Source: Eledone cirrhosa
Lineage: Eukaryota
Direction: 5' to 3'
DNA: 64,000 bases
NCBI GenBank assembly: GCA_964016885.1
Contig: OZ024743.1
Location: forward strand, 158,348,001 to 158,412,000
Shown here: piece after piece, positions 54,732 through 64,000 of the stretch
Layout of the letters: every line of letters begins with the position of its first letter
Position numbering within the stretch: the stretch's first letter is position 1
The notes under the pieces: generated by a model
Database searches by the model: none
What the model saw: the letters and a program-made list of their open reading frames with translations, nothing else
Told to the model about the DNA's origin: nothing
Position numbers and translations under genes: made by a program

Positions 54732-54775
54732 TAACAAAGTTCTTTCGTTGCACATCTGCAACATCATCAGTGGTA
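54732..54775 (-). ncRNA. Minimal hammerhead ribozyme
   Basis: Minus: tacca|CTGATGA|t gttgca gatg tgcaac|GAAA|gaa CTT|tgtta. Confidence 0.75.
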
Positions 54776-55094
54776 CTATTATGTCCCTCCTGTTGTATTG
54801 TATGTCTACGTCATTTTTATTTTATCTGCTTATTTATTTATTTATTTTTGTCTTCTTCTCTGTGCATGCGTTTGCGTGTATAGTGTTTCGTGTGTGTTCC
54901 CCAAATATAACAATAGTTGTTTCGACACACACTTTCATATCAAAAACCTCGCAAAACAAATATATATATATATATATATTAATAAAAGGAATTCCAACTT
55001 TGTCTGATTTACTCGTTTTATTTACAATCCTTTAAAATTTATAATGGTATTAGAATGAAATAGTATGGTAGAATATTAAATGTTAAGTGTTAAT

Positions 55095-55133
55095 TGAACA
55101 AGTACTTTCATGCTTTCACAATCTTCAGGTTCA
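55095..55133 (-). ncRNA. Mirror hammerhead in left arm of palindrome
   Basis: Exact reverse complement of 55207-55245. Confidence 0.7.
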
Positions 55134-55206
55134 TATTGTGTGGTGACAGTAAAGTTTGCAATTTTCAACTGTTGAAAATTGCAAACTTTACTGTCACCAC
55201 ACAATA

Positions 55207-55245
55207 TGAACCTGAAGATTGTGAAAGCATGAAAGTACTTGTTCA
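55207..55245 (+). ncRNA. Minimal hammerhead in right arm of palindrome
   Basis: tgaac|CTGAAGA|t tgt gaaa gca t|GAAA|gta CTT|gttca; palindromic AAGTACTT. Confidence 0.7.
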
Positions 55246-55406
55246 ATTAACACTTAACATTTAATATTCTACCATACTATTTCATTCTAATACCATTATA
55301 AATTTTAAAGGATTGTAAATAAAACGAGTAAATCAGACAAAGTTGGAATTCCTTTTATTAATATAATCTTCTATACACAATCATACACACCCGTGTATTC
55401 CTTTTA

Positions 55407-55442
<36 letters not shown>

Positions 55443-55552
55443 TATATATATAATTATATATATAAACAAAATTTATTTTTGCTCTAACATAGCAGATACA
55501 TAAATGCATTCATGAGTGAATAATAATAATATTGTAATAATATTATTAATAT

Positions 55553-55660
55553 ATCCCGCCGAGGTTAAGTTTGCCTTTCATCCTTACGGGGTCGATAAAA
55601 TAAAGTACCAGTAATGCACTGGGTAATTGCTGGCCTTGTGCCAAAAGTAGAAACAATTAT
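55553..55660 (+). mobile_element. SINE family A, truncated
   Basis: Core match. Confidence 0.85.
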
Positions 55661-55744
55661 TAATATTCGATTTGTTTGCAAGCAAACAGCCTCTCAATGC
55701 CAAGTGTTCTAGACAACTAACGTCATCCTTTTCTAAAACATACA

Positions 55745-55788
55745 GTGACTGATGAAGGGTAATCACCCAGAAACATTAGTGTCTGCAG
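55745..55788 (+). ncRNA. Hammerhead-like motif, weak stem I
   Basis: CTGATGA|a gggt aatc accc a|GAAA|cattagt GTC. Confidence 0.6.
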
Positions 55789-55938
55789 TTCTGTTTGCAT
55801 GCCAACACAAGAGCAAGAATGAGGGACTCATTCTACTACATGGCTTTAAAGAGGCTGTTTGCATAATTGCAAACAAATTAAATATTATTATTGATATAAA
55901 CTCAGATTACATTTATATATATATACATATATATATAT

Positions 55939-56088
55939 ATAGGAAAATGTTTAACCCCGACAGCAGAGCTCAAGCCTTTTCGACGGCTATTTCTGGACTA
56001 AATTAGAATTTAGAAAAATTCTAATTTAGTCCAGAAATAGCCGTCGAAACAGCTTGAACTCTGCCGTCGGGGTTAAACATTTTCCTAT
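55939..56088. repeat. Fold-back palindrome, 73-bp arms, 4-nt loop
   Basis: ataggaaaatgtttaaccccgac.. / ..gtcggggttaaacattttcctat, few mismatches, abuts (TA)n. Confidence 0.95.
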
Positions 56089-56196
56089 TACCCACGTATT
56101 CCTACTACCCTAAGTATTGAGTACTCTGCTGTGTTATGGTCCGTCTGGTCCCTTACCACACCTCCTTCGTTTTATATATATATATATATATATATA

Positions 56197-56768
56197 TCAT
56201 CATCATCATCATCATCACCGTTTAACGTCCATGTTCCACGCTTATATCATCATCATCATCATCATCAACGTTTAACGTCCGTGTTCCACGCTTGCATGGG
56301 TTTGGACGGGGGTAGTCCCACTTGAGGCAAGAGTGATTGTCTTGCTCGCATAGGACTGTCTGGCAGGTTTTCTACAGTTGGATGCCCTTCCTAACACCAA
56401 CCACATTTACAGTGTGGGTCTGGGAGGTTTTTACCGTGTTGCCTACACGGCCACATTACAGCGTGGACTGTGTGTTTTTTTGTCGTGACACCTACACGAT
56501 CTCATTTGTTTCGGCCCGGATGGCGCGGCACCAACATAACTTTACATAGGACGGGGTGGTGTGGATGGGGTGGGGGTGGTGGTGGTGGGACGGGGTGTAT
56601 TTTGTTAGAGATGCCTACTGGCAAGGCGGGTCTTCTCTGTTACTGAGTACCGCCAAAGGTCTCGGTCCAGTGACATTGTCTTGGAGAGGTGTAAGTGTGT
56701 GAGGTCGGAGTTTATCAGCTCGTCCCAGGTTTTTCTAGGTCTGCCTATTCCGTGGCTACCGTCTATCT
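56197..56768 (-). mobile_element. Young RTE 3' end, near-identical to 26603-27155
   Basis: Direct alignment by eye; extra terminal copy at 56197-56243; (TA)n on both sides. Confidence 0.95.
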
Positions 56769-57021
56769 TATATATATATATATATATATATTATAAAGAA
56801 GAGAGGTGGTTTTATACAATAAACAGAGGATGTACATTTAAATTTAAAACCATCTCTCTTCTTTTATAATATTGACACTCCAGTTGATACCTTATTGATA
56901 ATACTTTAAGGAACACAAGTCGTAGAGTGCTTATATCTTTTTACGACTAAAGTCGGTGGATTATTTGATCAACCAACTTTCTTCACTTGAATAATATATA
57001 TATATATACAATATATATATA

Positions 57022-57068
<47 letters not shown>

Positions 57069-57071
57069 ACA

Positions 57072-57180
57072 TACTCTGATGTGTTGACCATAGGTGAATA
57101 ATGTATTGGAGATCAAATAACGCAACATCAAACGATTAGCGAACTCTAGACCCACATGATCAACGAAACAATTGTCAGTA
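57072..57180 (+). ncRNA. Hammerhead motif with ~80-nt stem II and variant core
   Basis: tact|CTGATGT|gttgaccat..atgatcaac|GAAA|caatt GTC|agta, then AATAAA; palindromic CAATTG. Confidence 0.65.
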
Positions 57181-57256
57181 CTTTAAATAAAGCCCTTATT
57201 GTACAGCCAACCATGTTAATCTTCATTCTTTAACTATATATATATATACACACACA

Positions 57257-59004
57257 AGGAGGCCTGGAAATGTCATTATGAGACACTGATAAATGTGGAG
57301 AATGAATGGGACAGAGAGAAGTTACCCCCAGTAGATCCGACAGAGGGACCAGCTATTGAGATTGACGAATATAGGGTACAAGAGGCAATTAAGGAAAGGA
57401 AGAATGGTAAGGCTGCTGGACCATCGGGGATAGTTGCTGAGATGCTGAAGGCATCAGGAGAAGTAGGCACTAAACTGGTTGCACGCATCATCAATCAAGC
57501 TGTATATGGTGGTGTCACACCCAAAGACTGGTGCAGCAGTATTCTCATAAATTGCTACAAAGGTAAAGGGGATGCTCTGGAGAGGAGCAATTATAGGGGC
57601 ATAAAGCTGATGAATAAGGTTATGAAAGTGGCAGAGAGAATATTAGCGCAACTGATTAGAGAAATGGTCAAATTAGATGAGATGCAGTTTGGTTTTGTTG
57701 CTTCGGAAAAGTACAACAGATACCCTCTTCTTAGTGAGACAACTACAAGAGAGGTTCTTAGAGAAGAATAAGCCACTATACTTAGCTTTTGTTGACCTAG
57801 AGAAGGCCTTTGATAAGGTACCTGGATCTGTCATCTGGAGGTCCCTAAGGAAACTAGGTGTAGAGGAATGGCTTGTGAGGACAGTGCAAGCTATGTACAA
57901 GCTATGTCAGTAAAGTGAGAGTAGGAATGGAGTTTAGTGAGGAATTCCAGATACAAGTAGGTGTACATCAGGGTTCGGTCCTCAGCCTGCTCTTATTCAT
58001 TATAGTGTCTCCAAGCTATAACAGAGGAGTTTAAGACTGGATACCCATGGGAACTTCTCTACGCTGATGATCTGGTTCTAATAGCAGAATCAGTAGAGGA
58101 GCTAGAGAATAAATTCTGGCTATGGAAACAGCAGTTGAAATCAAAAGGACTGAGAGTGAACATAGCTAAGACAAAAGTGTTGATAAGTAGAAGAGAGGAC
58201 AATACTCTGATTCTATCAGAGAAATGGCCATGTTCGATATGTAGAAAAGGAACTGGCATAAATTCCATAAAATGTACGCAATGCAGATCTTAGGTACACA
58301 AGAGATGTAGTGGGATAGCAGGCAAACTAACAGGTAGGGAAAACTACGTATGCAGTAGTAATTGCAGTGATAGACACATTTTTCCAATGCAGGTGGGTTC
58401 TATAGAAATGGTTGATAACTTCCAGTACCTAGGTGATCAGATTAGTATGGGAGGGAGGTGTTCCGAGGCCATAGTATCTAGAATAAGGACGGTTTGGAAG
58501 AAGTTTAGGGAGCTGCTTCCTCTGTTGACAAAGAAGGGTTTCTCCCTGCGTACGAAAGGCCGGTTATATGATGCCTATGGGCAGCAACTGCAGAGAATAT
58601 GCAACGGCTGGAGAGAAATGAAGCAAGCATGCTCCGTTGGAGGTGCAATGTCAATGTGCGTGAACGACCAAGCATAGATGAGTTGAGAAAGAAACTGGGT
58701 ATCAAGGTATAAGAGGGATAAGTTGTGGTGTGCAGGAAAGAAGGCTGAGATGGTATGGACATGTGATGTGCATGGAGGATGACCGCTGGGTAAAGAAGTG
58801 CCAAGAAATCCTGGTAGAAGGAAGAGACAGTAGAGGAAGACCACGGAAAACATGGGCGGAGGTGGTGAGAGCAGACCTCAGATCGCTGAAACTCACGGAG
58901 GAGATGACGAAGGACCGTGACAAGTGGAGAGACACTGTGCTGAATAGGACCCGTCCAACCCTTGCAAGCAGGGAAAAGCAGACATAAAATGATGATGATG
59001 ATGA
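57257..59004 (+). mobile_element. RTE LINE, 5'-truncated, RT with PHD insert, frameshifted
   Basis: KAAGPSGI, QFGFV, FVDLEKAFDKVP, YADDLVL, RLRWYGHV; (GAT)n tail. Confidence 0.95.
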
Positions 59005-59019
59005 TATATATATAATATA

Positions 59020-59200
59020 TCATCATAATCATCATTTAACGTTTATTTTCCACGCTTGCATGGGTTAGACAGGTTGTCATGTTATGAGACAAGTCAGGTC
59101 AGGAGACCAGCATGCTCATATGAATCTGTATTTTGGCTTGGTTTCTATCGCTAGATGCCCTTCCTAACACCAAACACATTACAGTGTAGACTGGGGGCTT
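59020..59200 (-). mobile_element. RTE-type 3' end, tail-to-tail with previous element
   Basis: catcatttaacgtttattttccacgcttgcatgggtt. Confidence 0.8.
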
Positions 59201-59437
59201 TTTGATTCTCTGACTCAAGCACACTAGTCATATTGGTCTGTCCTACCATTGGAACCAGTTCCTACCTATGATCAAAAACTGTAGCTCATTGTTGATGGAC
59301 AAGGGGACCACCACCACCACCACTACTATCACCAGGTGGATATCTTTTATTACCACAAGGTATCAGCACTATTATTATTGTTGATATCAACTGTTGCTGT
59401 TGTTGTTAATTTCTTGCATCTCCTATATTGATTTCAG

Positions 59438-59509
59438 AGTTTGGAACATAAGAAACAAGACCATTTGAGTGAGCAAGAGAAACAGAATGAGATTATAGAG
59501 AATCTGAAG
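59438..59509 (+). CDS. Internal exon, probably same gene (SLEHKKQDHLSEQEKQNEIIENLK)
   Basis: Pyrimidine-rich tract + tttcAG acceptor, AAG|GTAAGA donor, 72 nt phase 0/0; joins in frame to the 32962 exon as continuous coiled coil. Confidence 0.75.
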
Positions 59510-60923
59510 GTAAGACACATTTTTTGTATATAATAAACAGGAAAAATATGTGAATCTCTTCATTACACTACACTCTGGATAGGATGCTATTCTATTGTGG
59601 TTGATTTTTCTCTCTGCGGATTTGTTATTGCTATTGTTGATTAGCCCCCAGTTAGCTATAGTCAAACGGATCTATGAGGAAAGGCATTCAAGTCAAGACA
59701 CCATCCCATCTTATTTTCAAAGACCATACATCTAGGACTGTATAATCCAGTATTTTATTCCTTTATTAAAGGTAGGGTATAACTTAAAGACAATTTTGCA
59801 TGGTTGCTATTTCTAGCAGATTAAGTAACCATCGTGTATTGCCTACCATCAATATTCTGAGGTTAATTTAATCAAAACTTCACCTTGTTACCTTCAGACA
59901 TCAACTATGTGTTTTGTCTAAAGAAAGAAATATATTTAATGGCATGTTTCTTGTTGCTGTTGTTATTGCTGCTAGTGTCCTTGTTATATTTCTTATTTGA
60001 TTAGGGCTTATTCAATTGAGGGACATCCCTGAAAATATGAGATGCCTCCAAGCTTCCTTTTATTTGGTTTTCTAGTTTCTTCCCTGTGTACAAAAATAAT
60101 TTGACTACTGAATTAGCCAATGGGAAAAAATATGTAGCTGAAAAAATTTGAGGTACTTACTCTCAGATCACAAATAAAAGGGTGGGGTGGAATAAGCGGG
60201 GGATCAGTATTTTTCTAGGTTGTGTCCCTTGATGTTTTTAAAAACAAGATTTAGTCGTTTAGTTTACATTTTGAGACCCACAACCCATCCTATTTATTTT
60301 ATATGGGATTTCTTGTAATGTTTTTTTTTGTCATGTATAATGTTTTTTAATGTCTAAAAATAATTAATGGATGATTATTTGAGACCCGAGAGTTGTTAAA
60401 AAATGTCAAGAAAGAAATTTCAGGATATCAAGATAAAACAAATAATATACAGATAAATAAAAGCAAAGCCAGACAGATATGTTTCATGGTGAATATATTC
60501 TTAAGGTACAAGACACACTGAATATATTCTTAAGGTACAAGACACGCCTTTTTTTTTTCAAGTGCATGCTTAACAAATATTTAAAAGAGCCAAATAGAAC
60601 AATATATAACTTGGCAAGTGAAATATGATAACCATAGAAAATATCTGAATGAAAATATAAGTAATACTGAAAGATAATACTGAAAGATAATACTGAAAGA
60701 ACACACTTTTCACCTGAAGATCGCAGTGGTGTCAAATTTGTGAGAAAAAGAATTCAGTTTAAATAAACAATACATCAAGTATTGAGTACACCTTTCCTCT
60801 TTTATTGACAAACAATACTACATACATAAACACACACACATATAAGCTTGAAACTAATAAGACTTTGTATTTTTGCATCTCTGTGTTTAGTTTGTCTATT
60901 CTTGAACTATATATAAAAATATA

Positions 60924-61135
60924 CATCATCATCATCATCATCACCGTTTTACGTCCATTGTTCCGCACTAGCATGGGTTAGACGGGTTGTCCTATTGTGG
61001 ACAATGCCAGGTCAGATGACCATGTCTTGCTCATACAAAACTGATTTTGGCTTGATTTCTACAGCTAGATGCCCTTCTTAACACCAGCATCATTTACAGT
61101 GAGTACTGAATGTTTTTTTACCATGGCACCTACAT
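60924..61135 (-). mobile_element. RTE-type 3' end
   Basis: (CAT)n + ccgttttacgtcc..gcatgggttagacggg. Confidence 0.8.
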
Positions 61136-61149
61136 ACACACACACACAG

Positions 61150-61181
<32 letters not shown>

Positions 61182-61463
61182 CAAAAATATATGTTGAGTA
61201 AAAACTCACAATAGTCCCTTATAATCAAATTAGCTCAAGGAAAAAATGTTCAGAGCCTTATAACACAGTAAAGAGAGACAAATACAGATATATATATATG
61301 TGTGTGTGTGTTCATATACAAGGGACAGAAACAACCAGGGTGAAGAAATACTGACTAAAGATGTACAGTTCACAGAACTCAAATAAAATGAAAAATCAAG
61401 ATATACAAACCTACTATGGCGGTTTGAATCCCCTGTGATATGAACACATATATATAAATATAT

Positions 61464-61656
61464 ATATTTATTAAAATAACAGATTAAAGTTTAAGCAAAG
61501 AATCGTTGCTTTCACCCTGTTTTCCTTCGGTTGCAATGTTTTTCAAAATATTTACTTCTGCGTTCACAGATTGATTTTTTTAGTTTCAGAAGATCCCTTT
61601 AAGGGTGAAAACAGCGTTTTTTTGCTTAAACTTTAATCTGTTATTTTAATAAATAT
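61464..61656. repeat. Inverted repeat (~55-bp arms) containing degenerate hammerhead at 61587-61620
   Basis: atatttattaaaataacagattaaagtttaagcaaa / tttgcttaaactttaatctgttattttaataaatat; CAGAAGA t ccct tta aggg t GAAA. Confidence 0.85.
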
Positions 61657-61742
61657 TTGCTCTAGGGCTCTTACATATTTCATATATATTTATCCTTATC
61701 GAGCCCTCTTTGGATTTTAGTCTTCGAATTTATTATTATTAC

Positions 61743-61793
<51 letters not shown>

Positions 61794-61849
61794 AGAAGAA
61801 GAAGAAGAAGAAGAAGAAGAAGAAGAAGAAGAAGAAGAAGAAGAAGAAG

Positions 61850-61878
<29 letters not shown>
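61743..61878. repeat. Compound (TA)n(GA)n(GAA)n microsatellite
   Basis: Direct inspection. Confidence 0.95.
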
Positions 61879-61880
<2 letters not shown>

Positions 61881-61911
61881 CCCAACTGTGGTTGAAAGGA
61901 GTTTTGGCTTA

Positions 61912-63312
61912 TGAGAGAAAACCTTTGATAGAGTACCCCGATCTGTCATCTGGTGGTCCCTAAGGAAGCTAAGTGTAGAGGAATGGCTTGTGAGGACAGT
62001 GCAAGCCATGTACAGAGGTTCTGTCAGTAAAGTGAGAGAATGAATGGAGTTTAGGGAAAAATTCCAGATACATGTAGAAGTTCATCAGGTTCTGTCCTCA
62101 GCCCACTCTTATTCATTATAGTTCTCCAAGCCTTAACAGGGGATTTTAAGACTGGCTGCCCATGGGAACTTATGTATACTAATAGCAGAATCAGTAGAGG
62201 AACTAGAGAAGAAATTCTGGCTGTGGAAACATCAGTTGGAATCAAGGGGACTGAGAGTGAATCTAGCAAAGACTAAAGAATTGATAAGTAGGAAAGTGGA
62301 CAAGACTCTGATTCCATCAGGGAAATGACCATGCTCGATATATAGAAAAGGAGTTGGCATAAACTCTATAGAATGTACACAATGTAGATCTTGGGTACAC
62401 AAGAGTTGTAGTGGGATAGCAGGCAAACCTAACAGGAAAAGAAAACTTCCTATGTAGTAGATGTTCAGGGAAAATTGATAGTAGAGGTGTCAGTGATAGC
62501 TTCTGATATCTAGGTGATCAAGGTGATCAAGGTAGCAAGGGAGGAGGATGCTCCGAGGCCATATTATTTAGAATAATTGTTTCTACTTTAGGCACAAGGC
62601 CAGCAATTACCCAGTGCATTACTGGTACTTTATTTTATCGACCCCGTAAGGATGAAAGGCAAAGTCAACCTCGGCGGGATTTGAACTCAGATCGTAAAGG
62701 GACGTAACTATGCTGGAAAGCATGGCGTCCGACCCTCTACCGATACTGCCAATCCACCGCCCTTTATTTAGAATAATGACAGAATGGAAGAAGTTTAGGG
62801 AGCTGCTTCGTCTGTTGACAATGACAGATTTCTCCCTATGAACAAAAGGTCGGTTGTATGATGCGTGTGAGATGTACAATGCTGCATGGTAGTGAGACAT
62901 GGGCAGTAACTGCAGATGATATGCAATGGCTGGAGAGAAATGAAGCAAGTATGCTATGATGGATGTGCAGTGTCAATGTGTGGGAATGACCAAGCATGGA
63001 CCAGTTGAGAGTGAAACTGTGTATAAGAGGAATAAATTGTAGCGTGCAGGAGAGAAGACTGCATTGGTATGGCCAAGTGATGTGCATAGAAGATGCCCAC
63101 TGGGTGACGAAGTGTCAAGAAATCCCGGTGGAATTAAGACACAGTAGAGGAAGACCACAAAAAACATGGGTGGAGGGGGTGAGAGCAGGCCTCCAATTGC
63201 TGAAGTTCACAGAGGAGATGACAAAGGGCTGTGACGAATGGAGAGATGCTGTGCTGAAGCGGATTTGTCCCACCCTAGCAAACAAGGAAAAGCAGACATA
63301 AAATGATGATGA
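61912..63312 (+). mobile_element. RTE LINE fragment, degenerate, SINE-interrupted
   Basis: Homologous to 57800-59000. Confidence 0.9.
62578..62763 (-). mobile_element. SINE family A, full length
   Basis: 14-bp TSD ttatttagaataat (62564-62577, 62764-62777). Confidence 0.95.
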
Positions 63313-63563
63313 TATATATATATTATGTGTGTGTGTGTGTATATATATTATATATATATATATATATATACACATATGTATGTATTATGTATGTATGTAT
63401 GTATATATGTATATATGCATGTATGTATGAAATGTATGTAGGTATGTATGAATGTATGTATAAATGTGTGTGTACATGTGTGTATATATATATATACATA
63501 TATGTATCGTTCTTTCACGAGATGCTAGCTGATGCTGCAACTTCGATTTTACTCCCATTATTG

Positions 63564-63621
<58 letters not shown>

Positions 63622-63832
63622 GTGAAGTTTTTTACAAAATGAAAAAAAAACGAGGTGTCCTACACAAGTGAAAGTATAAGGAAAAAAGATGAAATCGAAA
63701 ATTCAACTGGAGTCTTTTTTTTTTTAAATATATATTTATTTGGTTCCTTTACCAGTTTCGCAGTTCTGCTTTTCAAAAGTAGAATTGAGATGGGGGGTTT
63801 GTGGATTTTCTCACATCTGTGTCATACACAAG

Positions 63833-64000
63833 CATTGTCAACTGCTACAAAGGCAAAGGAAATGCTCTAGACATAGAAAACTATAGAGGGATCAAGTTGG
63901 TTGACCAGGTCATGAAGTTCGCAGAAAGGGCTATCACACAGCAGATTAGGGACTGAGTTAACCTAGATGAAATATAGTTAAGATTTGTGCCAAGTAAAAG
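63833..64000 (+). mobile_element. RTE RT fragment running off window
   Basis: IVNCYKGKGNALDIENYRGIKLVDQVMK. Confidence 0.85.

Larger units (their letters stand above)
54975..55365. repeat. Perfect 391-bp palindrome (195-bp arms, 1-nt spacer at 55170)
   Basis: ..gcaattttcaac T gttgaaaattgc..; arms complementary by eye out to 54975/55365. Confidence 0.95.

Overview
AT-rich, microsatellite-laden animal genomic DNA; the Meta-domain tRNA-SINEs, RTE/CR1/Dong LINEs and (TA)n density suggest a cephalopod such as Octopus (inference). Almost all ORFs in the track are retroelement debris or simple-repeat artefacts. Two clean phase-0 coiled-coil exons on + (32962-33129, 59438-59509) suggest most of the window is intron of one large gene. 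Mobile content includes R4/Dong, RTE (one family with a PHD finger inside the RT region), CR1 and RNase-H LINEs, two SINE families, and hAT, piggyBac, Tc1/mariner and Helitron non-autonomous elements. The least explained signal is about 11 minimal type-I hammerhead ribozyme motifs with mostly different, often palindromic stem III, many beside (TA)n tracts and fold-back palindromes. These include a perfect 391-bp palindrome (54975-55365) with one hammerhead per strand, and no Penelope ORF is recognisable in the window.
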